From assembly GCA_016211185.1 (NCBI GenBank), contig JACQST010000043.1, forward strand, positions 1,489 through 65,488: a stretch of DNA of 64,000 nucleotides, written 5' to 3'. Below, one piece after another: positions 46,369 through 57,089 of this stretch. Each line of letters opens with the position of its first letter. Position 1 is the first letter of the stretch. The position numbers and the translations under genes are program-made. Source of the DNA: Candidatus Woesearchaeota archaeon (lineage in GTDB: Archaea; Nanobdellota; Nanobdellia; Woesearchaeales; UBA10216). The notes under the pieces are model-generated. The model was given only the letters and a program-made list of their open reading frames with translations. It was not told where the DNA came from and made no database searches.

Positions 46369-49300
46369 TCAGCCCATGTAGGATGGCTTTTCGTCCTTTA
46401 TCTGTCTTGCCCTTGCCTGCCTTACCTGGTCTCTTATGCTTTCATATACCTCTTCTGTTTCTTTTGACACTGATGGCTTTATTTTCTTGAGGGATTCCTC
46501 GAAGTTTTTTGCAGTTACGGACTTCGCGTTCATGTCTTTCCTTAGTGCAAGTATCGCGGCTTCCCTGCAGACTGCCTCTATGTCTGCTCCTACGTATCCC
46601 TGGGTTTCTTCTGACAGCTGGTTTATGTTGACTTCCTTGAGGGGCATGTTCTTTGCGTGCACCCTGAAGATTTCTGTGCGGGCTTCCTGGTCAGGGACTG
46701 GTGTCAGTATTATCCTGTCGAATCTTCCCGGCCTGAGTAGTGCGGGGTCTATCATGTCTGGCCTGTTTGTGGCAGCTATCACGACGACGTCATACAGGTC
46801 CTCGAGTCCGTCTATTTCTGTTAGGAGCTGGTTTACTACTCTTTCTGTTGAGTGGCTGTCTGATGACATTCCGCGCCTTGGCGCTAGGCTGTCTACTTCG
46901 TCAAAGAAAACTATTGTGGGGGATGTCTGCCTGGCTTTCTTGAATATCTCCCTTACTGCCTTTTCGCTTTCGCCAAGCCATTTTGAGAGCAGTTCCGGGC
47001 CTTTTACCTGTATGAAGTTGGCTTCGCTTTCTGTTGCTACGGCCTTTGCAAGCAGGGTTTTTCCTGTTCCGGGCTCTCCGTAGAGGAGTATTCCCTTTGG
47101 CGGCTTGACTCCGAGCCTCTTGAATGCGTCGCCGTGCTTTATTGGCCACTCCACAGCTTCTATTAGTTCCTGCTTTACGTCTTCGAGGCCTCCTATGTCT
47201 GTCCATTTTATGGTTGGGACTTCGACAAGGACTTCCCTCATTGCTGAAGGCCTTACGACTTTGAGGGCTTCCTTGAAGTCCTTTCTTGTTATCATGAGCT
47301 TTTCAAGCAGTTCTTTTGGTATCGGCTCGTCTTCCTGGAGCTTGAGTTCTGGAAGTACTCTTCTTAGGACTATCATGGCCGCTTCCTTGCAGAGGGCTGC
47401 AAGGTCTGCTCCCACAAATCCGTGCGTTATGGCTGCTATTTCTTTCAGGTTGACGTTTTTTGACAGCGGCATGTTTCTTGTGTGTATCTTGAGTATGTCG
47501 ACTCTTCCCTCTTTTGAGGGAACGCCTATCTCTATTTCCCGGTCAAACCTTCCCGGTCTTCTGAGCGCAGGGTCGAGCAGGTTCGGTACGTTTGACGCTG
47601 CTATGACTATTACCTTTCCCCTGCTCTTTAGGCCGTCCATTAGCGCAAGCAGCTGGGCCACAACCCTTCTTTCGACTTCTCCGTGGACTTCTTCCCTTTT
47701 TGAGGCTATTGCGTCTGTCTCATCTATGAATATTATGCTCGGTGCGTTCTTTTCTGCTTCTTCGAATTTCTTGCGGAGGTTTTGCTCTGACTGGCCATAA
47801 TATTTGCTATTATGAAGTAGTAACAATCCCGATGTCATAAAGCTGTCATCTTCAACTGTAAAATCATATAGCTCCTGTTCGCCTGCATAGCTTATTGATT
47901 CTATCCACTCCCATGCAATATCCTTCCTTGTCAGCAGCTCATATTCCCTTTTTATGGCAGGGGTCAAGGCGTTGTTTCTGGAAGCTATTTTGTACAGCTT
48001 GCCGAGAGCATGCTCAGTGAATTTAGCCTTCCTGCAAACATAAATGTCATTATTCCTGCATTCTGAATAAGGAAGCCTTTTCCTTACAGACTCTATCAGC
48101 AACCGGGGTTCAGGTATATGCTCAGAATGCCTGTTTGTGGATCTGAGTTTTGAAAGCCTCGCCCTTTTCTTCAGGCTGGCCGGAACAATAAGTTTTCTGA
48201 ACTCTTCCCGTCCCTTATTTCCCTTTGTCGCCAGTTCGTACATCATTCCGAGACGGGTTTTATGCTTGTTGAGCTTTGTTGGGATGGAAAGCTTTAGCTG
48301 CATCAGAGTCTGCATTTCCTGAAGAAACCCATATGAGGAACTGTTGAGTTTCGGAGTAGGGTAATTCCCATTCATTGATACCGTTCCATCACCATCAAAA
48401 TATCCCTTGACAAATGCCGCCACTTCCTCTTTTGGCAATGAATAAAAGAGCGGGGGTATTGCGGGATTTCTTTTTCCATGAAGCATGCCGGATTCCTTGA
48501 TTAAGGCCGCAAGGGTCTTTGAGTAGACTATTACTCTTCCGTCAGGATACTCTCTTGGGTTGGTGATTGCAAACAGGCTGCGCAACAAATCCTTATATCG
48601 TTCCCTGAGCATCTCATCGTTGTTGGTAAAGGTGATTCCATCCTCAGAAACATATCCTTCAGACATGACCAGTCCAAGGTATTCAAGAAAATCAGGGGAT
48701 GTTTGTTCCGGTATCGTTATCCAGTTACTGCGGGATAGGTTCCTTCCCTTTGGCGCCTTTTTCCCGTTTTTCTTTTCAAGTCCTTCGAGAGAAAGTTTCT
48801 GGCTGGATTCCTCAAGATCTATCTTGTTTACTCTTGCAACGAACTGGCCTTCAGCTAAGTCTTCAAGTTTTTTCCAGACAAGGCCGCCGTTCTCATATAC
48901 CAAGAAAGGCTGGTTCTTTGAGCACATCATCCGAGTTCCGTTGCTAAAAGAAAGCCTGTATGCTGGAGCGATAAGTTTTGCCATATGTGTGATTTTTGAT
49001 TTCGATATTCGGCCCTTGGAATAGGCAAATGTCTTTATCGGCTGTGCAAGCTCAATGACTTTTATTTTATCATCCCTGATTTTTTTCCCCCTTGCATTGT
49101 CAAACATGTCCCTGGCCTTTATGTGTCCTTTGGGATTAGTGAATATTCTTGTATCCCCATCAACGCACATTATCTCCGGGCCATTGATGAGGATGAAGTG
49201 CGCGTTTGTCTCGTTTGCAACTGCCTTTGCGAGGAGCGTCTTTCCAGTTCCGGGTGGCCCATGCAGCAGGACTCCTTTAGGCGCCTCGATTCCGAGCCTC

Positions 49301-50019
49301 TCGAAGATCTCCGGGTGCTTCAGGGGAAGCTCGACCATCTCCCTGATTTTCTTTATCTCTTCCCTGAGGCCGCCTATGTCCTCGTAGGTTACTTCAAGGG
49401 CTGCCTCCTCTGACACCTCGACTGCCTCTGGGTTGAAGACTACCTCTGTTAAGTCGCTCACAATCACAGCCTGCTTCGGCATTGTGTCTACAACGAGGAA
49501 CTTTATGTCCCCAAACCCGAACCCGTAGACGTCCTCGTCAAGCATCCTGAATATGTCTTCGAACGGGCTGTGCGCGAGGGTCGCTCTTCTCCTTGTGCCC
49601 CCACCCAGCGCGACTATGTCTCCCTTCATTAGAACCCTCCCGAGAAGTCCCTGCTTGAACAGGTCTGATGATGCCCTGATTATGATGCCTTTTCTTGCAG
49701 GCGCTATGACAACTTTCTTGGCTTCCTTCACGTCTGCCTTCTGTATCGCTACTGTCTCGCCTATGCTTGTCTTTGTGTTCCTCCTTATTATGCCGTCCAT
49801 CCTTATTATGTTGAGGCCGATGTCTCCAGGGTATGCGCGGTCAGCTATCGCGACTGTTTTCCTTCCGCCTTCTATCTCTATTATGTCCCCTGGCCTGACG
49901 CCTATGTGCTGCATGAAGCTTGTGTCTATCCTCACTATTCCCTTGTTTACGTCGTCCTGCACCGCCTCTGCAACCTTGAGTTTCAGTTCTCGATCAGGCA
50001 TGGGTTCGAGTATTGGCAT
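46369..50019 (-). CDS. cdc48: Cdc48/VCP-like AAA+ ATPase (two AAA domains) interrupted by an intein
   Basis: N-domain [20 protein letters not shown] and two Walker A motifs ([30 protein letters not shown]). The D1 sequence GPEIM | CVDGD...LLLLHN | [30 protein letters not shown] shows a 453-aa insert. Confidence 0.9.
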   Translation of the reverse strand: MPILEPMPDRELKLKVAEAVQDDVNKGIVRIDTSFMQHIGVRPGDIIEIEGGRKTVAIADRAYPGDIGLNIIRMDGIIRRNTKTSIGETVAIQKADVKEAKKVVIAPARKGIIIRASSDLFKQGLLGRVLMKGDIVALGGGTRRRATLAHSPFEDIFRMLDEDVYGFGFGDIKFLVVDTMPKQAVIVSDLTEVVFNPEAVEVSEEAALEVTYEDIGGLREEIKKIREMVELPLKHPEIFERLGIEAPKGVLLHGPPGTGKTLLAKAVANETNAHFILINGPEIMCVDGDTRIFTNPKGHIKARDMFDNARGKKIRDDKIKVIELAQPIKTFAYSKGRISKSKITHMAKLIAPAYRLSFSNGTRMMCSKNQPFLVYENGGLVWKKLEDLAEGQFVARVNKIDLEESSQKLSLEGLEKKNGKKAPKGRNLSRSNWITIPEQTSPDFLEYLGLVMSEGYVSEDGITFTNNDEMLRERYKDLLRSLFAITNPREYPDGRVIVYSKTLAALIKESGMLHGKRNPAIPPLFYSLPKEEVAAFVKGYFDGDGTVSMNGNYPTPKLNSSSYGFLQEMQTLMQLKLSIPTKLNKHKTRLGMMYELATKGNKGREEFRKLIVPASLKKRARLSKLRSTNRHSEHIPEPRLLIESVRKRLPYSECRNNDIYVCRKAKFTEHALGKLYKIASRNNALTPAIKREYELLTRKDIAWEWIESISYAGEQELYDFTVEDDSFMTSGLLLLHNSKYYGQSEQNLRKKFEEAEKNAPSIIFIDETDAIASKREEVHGEVERRVVAQLLALMDGLKSRGKVIVIAASNVPNLLDPALRRPGRFDREIEIGVPSKEGRVDILKIHTRNMPLSKNVNLKEIAAITHGFVGADLAALCKEAAMIVLRRVLPELKLQEDEPIPKELLEKLMITRKDFKEALKVVRPSAMREVLVEVPTIKWTDIGGLEDVKQELIEAVEWPIKHGDAFKRLGVKPPKGILLYGEPGTGKTLLAKAVATESEANFIQVKGPELLSKWLGESEKAVREIFKKARQTSPTIVFFDEVDSLAPRRGMSSDSHSTERVVNQLLTEIDGLEDLYDVVVIAATNRPDMIDPALLRPGRFDRIILTPVPDQEARTEIFRVHAKNMPLKEVNINQLSEETQGYVGADIEAVCREAAILALRKDMNAKSVTAKNFEESLKKIKPSVSKETEEVYESIRDQVRQARARQIKDEKPSYMG
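47809..49167 (-). mobile_element. Intein (453 aa) with a LAGLIDADG homing-endonuclease domain, inserted in the Cdc48 D1 domain
   Basis: It begins with Cys (CVDGDTRIF) and ends with HN followed by the extein Ser. LAGLIDADG-like blocks [17 protein letters not shown] and [12 protein letters not shown]. Removing it restores the conserved [30 protein letters not shown] sequence. Confidence 0.8.
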
Positions 50020-50218
50020 GTTATAGATAAATGTTTCGGATGGTGTGAGACGGGTTTCTGACGACTTGTGACGAGAAAAAAGGACTGTTTATGCGGCAGG
50101 AATGTTTTCAGTAGCGCTGTGCTTTGTGAGCAGTGAAGACGCTATGAATACTGCGGAAGAATTAACGAATGCAGGGACAAATGCCTGTTTTTGGTTATAA
50201 CGAAGCTGCCAATATCAG

Positions 50219-50623
50219 TCAGTCTCTCTTTACCTTGGGAAGCGGCAGTGGCGGGGGGAGGTTGACATCCCTGCTGAGTATTATTGCCTCGACGTTGCAC
50301 CTGGTCAGCACTGTGTCCATCATCTCTGCCATTATTGGCTTGGGAACGTTCCTGCTCTTCTTCCAGCTCTTTATTACCTCGTCGTGCGTCTTCTGGTCGC
50401 CGAGGTAAAGTATCTCGCCTTCAAGCATGAGTTCCCCTATGTCCGGCTCGTATTTAGATGTGAATTCAAACTTGAATGTTAGCCCCTTCTGCTTCTGCTT
50501 TCCCAGCGGGAAGTCGGATTCCTGAACATCCCTAATGAGAGCGTTGTTGTTTATGTCAACCTGCCCTGTAATTGGGTTTTTCTTGAGCGCAGTTATCTTG
50601 TTGAAGCTGAAGCCGATTATCAT
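50219..50623 (-). CDS. Hypothetical protein (134 aa)
   Basis: Track ORF. Confidence 0.4.
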   Translation of the reverse strand: MIIGFSFNKITALKKNPITGQVDINNNALIRDVQESDFPLGKQKQKGLTFKFEFTSKYEPDIGELMLEGEILYLGDQKTHDEVIKSWKKSRNVPKPIMAEMMDTVLTRCNVEAIILSRDVNLPPPLPLPKVKRD

Positions 50624-50694
50624 GTTTTTTGTTGTATGCCTTTTGTTTTTAAAGTTATTGCTTGCGAACTTTTTCCTTATAATTCTGCTTGCAA

Positions 50695-51471
50695 TTATAC
50701 TGGCTGCTTGTAGCTGGCTATCAGTTTCCTTGCAGGAGTTGAGATGTGTATGCCAAACCCAACGGCGCTGGCTGAGAGAAGTGCAAGGTTTATTCCGAAG
50801 TATTGAGTGTTTGTGAAAGTTATTGCTGCTGCCAAGATGGTTGCCGCTGCAGACACTGCCTTAAGCGGCTGCATTGAGTAATGCTTGAGTATGGGCTTGG
50901 AGTAAGGCAGGAATTGCAGTTCAGTTGCCCTGACCGCCGTGCCTATGCTTACTATTGCGAGCCAGTGTGAAATCATGACAGGGTAAGGCACGGTTCCTCC
51001 GGCAAGCATTGCGCCGAGCAGGAATCTGAGGCTGTGTGTTGATGTTGCCGTGAGCATGTCAAGGTATGGTGTTTTTTTGGCGAGGTATGTGTAGAAAAGA
51101 TTAAGCGCGATGAACGCGAGAAATACAGCTGCCATTTTAGGGCCAAAGAATGCATAAGCTATCATGATTGATGTTGCAATCAGTATTGCTGCAAATGTTG
51201 TGGCTTGCTTTTTTGTTACTTCACCGGAAGGTATCGGCCTTTTTTTCTTGGCTGTGTCTGATGAGTCTGTATCTGCGTCTGCTATCGCGTTTATTGTGTA
51301 TAGTCCTCCGTAAAGTAAGATGTTGAATACGGGATAAAGGACGATTATTGACTTCAGCAGCTCAATGGTCACATTCTGTGAGGTGACTATGGCAGCAAAG
51401 ATAACTGTTGCATATGTTATGCTGAACCTTAGCCTTATTAGCTTCAGGTAGCTTTTTGGGTTCATATCCAT
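50695..51471 (-). CDS. UbiA-family prenyltransferase (DGGGP-synthase-like)
   Basis: YTINAIADADTD Asp-rich motif and 8-9 TM helices. Confidence 0.7.
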   Translation of the reverse strand: MDMNPKSYLKLIRLRFSITYATVIFAAIVTSQNVTIELLKSIIVLYPVFNILLYGGLYTINAIADADTDSSDTAKKKRPIPSGEVTKKQATTFAAILIATSIMIAYAFFGPKMAAVFLAFIALNLFYTYLAKKTPYLDMLTATSTHSLRFLLGAMLAGGTVPYPVMISHWLAIVSIGTAVRATELQFLPYSKPILKHYSMQPLKAVSAAATILAAAITFTNTQYFGINLALLSASAVGFGIHISTPARKLIASYKQPV

Positions 51472-51911
51472 TACACCTTGGCTGCGATTATTCCTATGAT
51501 TATTCCTATTGCTGCTCCTGCCATGACATCAGGGATAAAGTGTTTCTTGAGCCTTATCCTTGACCATGCCACAAGGGATGCAAGCACTATGCTTATGGCG
51601 ACTGCTTCAAGCGAGGGGTGTATGGCTGTAAGTGCTGAAGTTACTGCTGATATCCTTGCTGTGTGCGTACTGGGAAAGCTTCCTGCATCTATGTGCTCGA
51701 TTATGTTCCTCCTTGACTGCGGGGTTGGCCTTTCTTTTCTGTAGACGAGTTTTATTGATGCGCAGGCTGCTTCTGCAAGGATTGCTGCTGCAATGAGCCT
51801 GTATGCAAGAGGCCTGCTTGAGATGAACGCGATCGCTATTATTGGCAGGTAGAAAGCCGGGGTGCCCAATAACGATACCGCGCTGATGATTCTGCTTGTG
51901 CTTGCCCTCAT
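51471..51911 (-). CDS. PAP2-family lipid phosphatase
   Basis: KERPT, SFPSTHTA and SRIRLKKHFIPDV motifs (the PAP2 tripartite signature). Confidence 0.7.
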   Translation of the reverse strand: MRASTSRIISAVSLLGTPAFYLPIIAIAFISSRPLAYRLIAAAILAEAACASIKLVYRKERPTPQSRRNIIEHIDAGSFPSTHTARISAVTSALTAIHPSLEAVAISIVLASLVAWSRIRLKKHFIPDVMAGAAIGIIIGIIAAKV

Positions 51912-51976
51912 GGCTTGTCGGCTTGCTCTTGAGTAGATAAAATTTTGCGTTCATGGTTAAATTTATTAATTAGGCT

Positions 51977-52378
51977 GTGCTTCTTGCAGGCATGCATGTT
52001 AAGTCTTGGACTCTGCCGAGGGTTTTTCTCGGGATTGTTTTTCTTGGCGCAGGCATATACAGGGTTTTTTTCTTCGATGATGCCAAAAATGAGATGGCTG
52101 CGCTGGGGCTGCCCTGGTTTCTTGCTGTTGTTGTCATTTTTCTGGAGATTGTAGGAGGCACAATGCTTGTTGCGGACAGAAAGCCCAATGTGGCAGCCGG
52201 CTTTCTCGGCTTCATGATATTGCTTGGGATTGCAGCTGGGCTTTTGTCAAGGTGGGATTCGATTTTTGGAGGTCTCAGGGAACTGTTCACGTTCAATGCC
52301 ACGCCTGTGAGCATGCTGCTGCACGTGGCTTTCATTGTGATGCTGGCCGGAATCGCGTTGAGAAAGCCAGGAGAATGA
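51977..52378 (+). CDS. DoxX-family membrane protein
   Basis: 133 aa, 4 TM helices, DoxX-like pattern. Confidence 0.55.
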   Translation: MLLAGMHVKSWTLPRVFLGIVFLGAGIYRVFFFDDAKNEMAALGLPWFLAVVVIFLEIVGGTMLVADRKPNVAAGFLGFMILLGIAAGLLSRWDSIFGGLRELFTFNATPVSMLLHVAFIVMLAGIALRKPGE

Positions 52379-52437
52379 TTATCCTCTTATTATATTCAGC
52401 GATGGATTTATAAGCCACCTTTGTTAAGCATCTTTTT

Positions 52438-53637
52438 ATGAGGATTGCTGTTTTCACGGATTGTTTTCTGCCGCAGCGCAACGGGGTTGTAACCTCAGTT
52501 ACTAATGCTGCCAGGTGGCTTGCCGCAAGGAACCATCTTTTGCTCATAGTTACTTCCAGCCGGGTAAGGAGGGCTTCTCATAAGGAGGGTAGGAACATAT
52601 CTGTTTTTTTCTGCAGGAAGTTTAATTTCCTCAAGCTCATGAAGTTCAGGGACTTTGATCCTGCATTGCCGAGCCACTCTGTAGTCAGGCAGGTCAGGAG
52701 TTTCCGGCCTGATGTGGTCCACGCGCATTTCCCTTCTTTTCTTGGATGGGCTGCTGTCATCTGCTCACGGATGTTGAGGGTTCCTCTTGTGGGAACGTAT
52801 CACACGCTGTTTCATGATTTCCTTATGCATACGAGGCTTCCAAGGAGGGTTTCAGAAAGCAGTCTTGCGCGGTGGGTTGTTTGCAGCTACACGAAAAGGT
52901 TCTACAACATTTGTGACGTTGTTATTGCGCCTTCGCAGGCTGCAAGGAGGGAGCTTTTGAGGTTCGGGGTTGTGAAGCCTGTGGTCGTGATTTCAAACGG
53001 TGTCGATACGGGTGTTTTTCGTGCCGGGAAATGGAGGGCTACTCCAGGAACAATACTCCACGTCGGCAGGCTGGGTTACGAGAAAAGGGTTGACATGGTC
53101 ATACGGGCTTTCAGGCTTTTCGCGAGGAGAAACCCATCTTGCCGCCTTGTAATAGTTGGTGAGGGCCCTGAGGAGAACGCGCTTAAGAAGCTGTGTGGAC
53201 CTCTGCTTGGTAAGAGGATTTTCTTTTTAGGCGGGGTTGAGCACAGCAGGATTGCAGAGGTTTATTCAGGTGCTGACCTGTTCATGACTGCTTCCACTAT
53301 AGAAACTGAGGGACTAGTCATTCTGGAGGCGATGGCTTCCGGGTTGCCTGTTGTAGGGGTTGACGTGATGGCCATTCCTGAGATTGTTAGGGATGGGGTG
53401 AATGGTTTTGTTGTTGGGAGGAACAATGTCGTTGGAATGGCTGACCGCATTGAGATGGTCCTTACTGACTGCAAACTCAGGAGGAAGATGTCTTTGAATT
53501 CTGTACGGCTGGCTGAGAGGCATTCTGTTGACAGGTCGGTGAAGCGGCTGGAAATGGTTTATCACTTGCTGGCAGCTCGCAGGGCTGGTGTGCAGAGGAA
53601 TCGTATTGATTTCAGGAAGTTTTCTATTTCCAATTGA
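52438..53637 (+). CDS. Glycosyltransferase family 4
   Basis: MRIAVFTDCFLPQRNGV N-terminal motif and EGLVILEAMASGLPVV in the C-terminal domain. Confidence 0.8.
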   Translation: MRIAVFTDCFLPQRNGVVTSVTNAARWLAARNHLLLIVTSSRVRRASHKEGRNISVFFCRKFNFLKLMKFRDFDPALPSHSVVRQVRSFRPDVVHAHFPSFLGWAAVICSRMLRVPLVGTYHTLFHDFLMHTRLPRRVSESSLARWVVCSYTKRFYNICDVVIAPSQAARRELLRFGVVKPVVVISNGVDTGVFRAGKWRATPGTILHVGRLGYEKRVDMVIRAFRLFARRNPSCRLVIVGEGPEENALKKLCGPLLGKRIFFLGGVEHSRIAEVYSGADLFMTASTIETEGLVILEAMASGLPVVGVDVMAIPEIVRDGVNGFVVGRNNVVGMADRIEMVLTDCKLRRKMSLNSVRLAERHSVDRSVKRLEMVYHLLAARRAGVQRNRIDFRKFSISN

Positions 53638-54413
53638 ACAGTGCCTGGCTCGCTTATGACTATTATGTGGTTTGAGTTGCTTATCTCCTTGTATGTTGAG
53701 GCTTTTATCATTTTGTGCAGCTTTCTTGAGTTTTTTGGGCTCACTATAGTGTCCTGTTTCCCCACAAGTATGAGGCACGGGAGATTCATTGTCGCCAAAG
53801 ATTCTGTTCCGTCAAATGATGAAAAGGCGCGCAGTGATGAAAGCCATGAAGCAAGTGACGTTGTCGTGATGTCTGCCAGGATTCTATTTAAGTTCCAGTC
53901 AGATGTACCTCTGTACCGGTCAAAGTCCCTGTGCATGAACGTTTGTGAAGCCGGCTTTCGTATGAATGGCGTTAGTGCTGTGTGCATGAGCGAGATGCCT
54001 ATCCTGTTTAGGGTTGCTGGTATCCTGTAGGCTGTGCTTATCAGCACGTATGCAGCTGCTTTGTTCGGGAACAGCCTGTGGAACGTTATGACGACTGCCC
54101 CGCCGAAGCAGTGACCTATCAGCACGAAGTTTTTTGCCTTTTCTTTTTTTAGGACTGCGTGGATGTCCCTTGCAAAGCAAGTCAGCTTGTAGTGGCTTGG
54201 TGTGGGTGGCCTTTCTGAGAGCCCATGGCCTCTGAGGTCGATTGAGATTGTTGAAAAGCCTGACTTGTTGAATGGCTTGCTTATTCTTTTCCAGACATTC
54301 AGGTCTCCGCCCATTCCGTGCACGAATACCATGAACCTGTCAGACCTTTTTTCAACTGAGTAGCTTATCGCTGTTCCGTCATGGCTCTTTACTGTCTTAT
54401 GCATGGTGCGCAA
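53562..54413 (-). CDS. Alpha/beta hydrolase
   Basis: HGMGGDLNVW and the nucleophile elbow GHCFGG. Confidence 0.7.
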   Translation of the reverse strand: MRTMHKTVKSHDGTAISYSVEKRSDRFMVFVHGMGGDLNVWKRISKPFNKSGFSTISIDLRGHGLSERPPTPSHYKLTCFARDIHAVLKKEKAKNFVLIGHCFGGAVVITFHRLFPNKAAAYVLISTAYRIPATLNRIGISLMHTALTPFIRKPASQTFMHRDFDRYRGTSDWNLNRILADITTTSLASWLSSLRAFSSFDGTESLATMNLPCLILVGKQDTIVSPKNSRKLHKMIKASTYKEISNSNHIIVISEPGTVQLEIENFLKSIRFLCTPALRAASK

Positions 54414-55430
54414 ATGACTCGGAAAGATTTATATGGTTTTTGGGTGGCTATGGCAAGGGTTTGGGCAAACTTTAATAACTGCTTCTCATTGCAGTGGCGT
54501 ATGGGGAAGCACAACCTGAGGAAAATCAGGCCCGTAACCGTAAGGAAGGGAATGACAGTGAACGAGCTTGTTCTTGAGATGTCCCGTTCAGGCGTCATGG
54601 GCGCCGGGAGCCTTGCGAGGTCTGTTGACGTGCTTGAAGCGATGATAAGGGATAATGACTGCAGGGTTTTCTTTGGCCAGGCTGGCGCAATGGTTCCGGG
54701 AGGGATGCGAAACATTATTATCGATATGCTTGAGCTTGGCTGGGTTGATGCCTTCGTAACTACAGGGGCAACACTGACGCATGACCTTGTTGAGGCTTTG
54801 GGCTTCAGCCATTTTCAGGGCTCTGCTTCTGTTGACGACGCTAAGCTGCACAGGGAGGGCTGGGACAGGATGTATGACAGCTACATGCCGAATGACGTGT
54901 ATGGGAAGATGGAGGATTTCCTTCATCCAATCATGAAGGCAATGGCAGGGAAGGAATGGACTATAAAGGGTTTTCTATGGGAGATCGGGAGCAGCGTGAA
55001 GGAAAGGTCAATTCTGAAGGTTTGCGCTAATAAGCAGATTCCCCTATTCTGCCCTGCAATATCTGACTCAGGCCTTGGGCTCCAGGTCTGGAGTTTCATC
55101 CAGAAGCGCAAGCTCAATGTTTCTGCTTTTGATGACCTCAAGGAGGTTCTTGACATTGCCTGGACTTCAAAGAGGGCAGGCACGTTTTACGTTGGTGGAG
55201 GAGTTCCCAAGAACTACATCCAGCAGGCTATGCAGTTCAGCCGCGAGGCAAGCTATGCTGTTCAGATTACGACTGACAGGCCTGAGCCAGGGGGCAGTTC
55301 TGGCGCTCCTCTGAAGGAAGGCATATCATGGGGGAAGCTTGACCCGAAGGCGAGCTACGTTGACCTGTTTTGCGACGCAACGATCGCGTTGCCCATAATT
55401 CACGCTTCCCTGAAGGAGAGGCTTTTGTGA
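54414..55430 (+). CDS. dys: Deoxyhypusine synthase
   Basis: GGMRNIIIDMLELGWVDAFVTTGATLTHD and ITTDRPEPGGSSGAPLKEGISWGK motifs. The start was refined to MTRKDLYGF to avoid overlap with the upstream gene; the track start 54381 is an alternative. Confidence 0.75.
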   Translation: MTRKDLYGFWVAMARVWANFNNCFSLQWRMGKHNLRKIRPVTVRKGMTVNELVLEMSRSGVMGAGSLARSVDVLEAMIRDNDCRVFFGQAGAMVPGGMRNIIIDMLELGWVDAFVTTGATLTHDLVEALGFSHFQGSASVDDAKLHREGWDRMYDSYMPNDVYGKMEDFLHPIMKAMAGKEWTIKGFLWEIGSSVKERSILKVCANKQIPLFCPAISDSGLGLQVWSFIQKRKLNVSAFDDLKEVLDIAWTSKRAGTFYVGGGVPKNYIQQAMQFSREASYAVQITTDRPEPGGSSGAPLKEGISWGKLDPKASYVDLFCDATIALPIIHASLKERLL

Positions 55431-55846
55431 TGGATCGCGCTTTGAAAAAAGCCATTGCGGCCACAAGGATTATCGTTTCTGGCCAGGAGCTTTCAGTTAT
55501 TGAGGTTCCTACATCTGACATTGATTACGGCTTGGTTGCCAATGCAAATCCTTTTGCCTTGCTTTTTGAAGGAGAAAAAACTACTGTTGTTATCCCAACT
55601 AACCGCCGGAAGCTGTTTGGAGCTAAGGCAAAAGCCTGTGATGGTTACAATGTCATACTCTTTGATGCCGAGCTTCCCATGGATTTGGTAGGATACTTTG
55701 CTGAGATTACTAGGGTTTTGGCGTCTGTGAATGTGACAGTGCTTGCGTTCTCAAGCTATTCTCACGATTATGTTTTGGTGAGGAAAAAGGACGCTAAAAA
55801 GGCAGTTAAGGCTCTGAATCAGCTCGTCAAGTCCTGCAGTGATTAA
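55430..55846 (+). CDS. ACT-domain-like small protein
   Basis: MDRALKKAIAATRIIVSGQELSVIEVP...; its start overlaps the dys stop (TGATG). The family is uncertain. Confidence 0.45.
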   Translation: MDRALKKAIAATRIIVSGQELSVIEVPTSDIDYGLVANANPFALLFEGEKTTVVIPTNRRKLFGAKAKACDGYNVILFDAELPMDLVGYFAEITRVLASVNVTVLAFSSYSHDYVLVRKKDAKKAVKALNQLVKSCSD

Positions 55847-56594
55847 CATGCTCCTTGCTGATGTCCATGCCCATATTGGCCTTTTCAGGCCTGATGAGGT
55901 TTCTGGCGTTGTTGACCGGGCTGCTTCTGCCGGAGTAAAGGCAATAATCAACAACGGCATTGACGTGAAGAGCAACAGGGTTTGCCTTGAGCTTGCTTCG
56001 CGCTACAATTTAGTCAAGGCTGCGCTTGGCCTTTACCCTGTTGATGCTTTGCAGCTCACTGATGAGGAGATAGATGCCGAGCTTGCCTTCATCAAGAAGA
56101 ACAGGTCAAGGGTTGCCGGTATTGGCGAGATAGGGATGGATTTCCTCAAGGCAGGCGAGCAAGTGAGGCAGAGAGATATTTTCCTGAGGCAGGTTGAGCT
56201 TGCCACGAGCATGCGCAAGCCTGTTATTGTGCATTCAAGGAAGGCTGAGGCAGAGGTTGTGGATGCCCTTGTCTCTTCTGGGGCAAGGAAGGTGGTCATG
56301 CATTGCTGCATGGGCAGCATGAAAGTTATAAGGAAAGCCGATGATGCAGGGTTCTGTTTCTCAATCCCTGCCCTTATAGTGAGGAACTCGCATTTCAGGA
56401 AGGTTGTGGAGGTTGTTCAGGGAACGCAGATATTGACTGAGACAGACGCTCCTTTCCTCAGCCCTCGTGAAGGAGAAAGGAGCGAGCCTGCGATGGTTGC
56501 AGAGTCTGTAAAGGTGATTGCCGAAATCAAGGGAATAACCTCTGAGGAGTGTGCTAACGCGGTTTTTTCTAATTATCAGAGATTGTTTTCATAG
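55839..56594 (+). CDS. tatD: TatD-family metal-dependent hydrolase
   Basis: LLADVHAHIGLF, GEIGMDF and the TIM-barrel metal ligands of TatD. Confidence 0.8.
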   Translation: MINMLLADVHAHIGLFRPDEVSGVVDRAASAGVKAIINNGIDVKSNRVCLELASRYNLVKAALGLYPVDALQLTDEEIDAELAFIKKNRSRVAGIGEIGMDFLKAGEQVRQRDIFLRQVELATSMRKPVIVHSRKAEAEVVDALVSSGARKVVMHCCMGSMKVIRKADDAGFCFSIPALIVRNSHFRKVVEVVQGTQILTETDAPFLSPREGERSEPAMVAESVKVIAEIKGITSEECANAVFSNYQRLFS

Positions 56595-56606
56595 AGATTA
56601 GAATAT

Positions 56607-56930
56607 TCACGCAGCTGCCTTCTGCCTTGCCTGCATCTTGCTTGTCTCTTCCCTGATTATCTCCCAGTGCATGCGCACAAGCCTTTTTATTGTGGGGTCG
56701 TCTGTGTTCAGCTTGAACAGTTTTGCTTTCCCAATCTTTCTGGTGTGGATTACTGCGTTTTTATCGAGCAGCTTTTTCCATGCGCGTGTAAATGAAGTCC
56801 ACCCGACATTTGCGCCTTCTGCTATTTCAGTCATCGGGTAGTCAAAATCCTTGCCCAGTACGAGAAAGTTGATTATCCTAACGAGTGGTGAATCTCCGAA
56901 ATATTCCACAAAGATGCTTTCTTCTTTCAT
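56607..56930 (-). CDS. Winged-helix transcriptional regulator (hypothetical)
   Basis: 107 aa with an HTH-like SFTRAWKKLLDKNAVIHTRKIGKAKLFKL. Confidence 0.45.
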   Translation of the reverse strand: MKEESIFVEYFGDSPLVRIINFLVLGKDFDYPMTEIAEGANVGWTSFTRAWKKLLDKNAVIHTRKIGKAKLFKLNTDDPTIKRLVRMHWEIIREETSKMQARQKAAA

Positions 56931-57089
56931 TGTATTCCTCAGTATTTGTAAGCATGTATGTTAATGTATGTAATTAATGTATGTAATTATTCTGTTTCTG
57001 ATGCATCTCATACTATTTAAACATTCCCATTTAGGCGATTAAGTTATCAAAAGAAAACCTATAAATAGTAGTTTTTGTTTTATTGCTTT

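Noticed and set aside
46436-47800. Plus-strand ORFs of 215 and 231 aa inside the cdc48 region
   Set aside because: They are Ser/Leu-rich antisense frames of the strongly supported minus-strand AAA ATPase gene.
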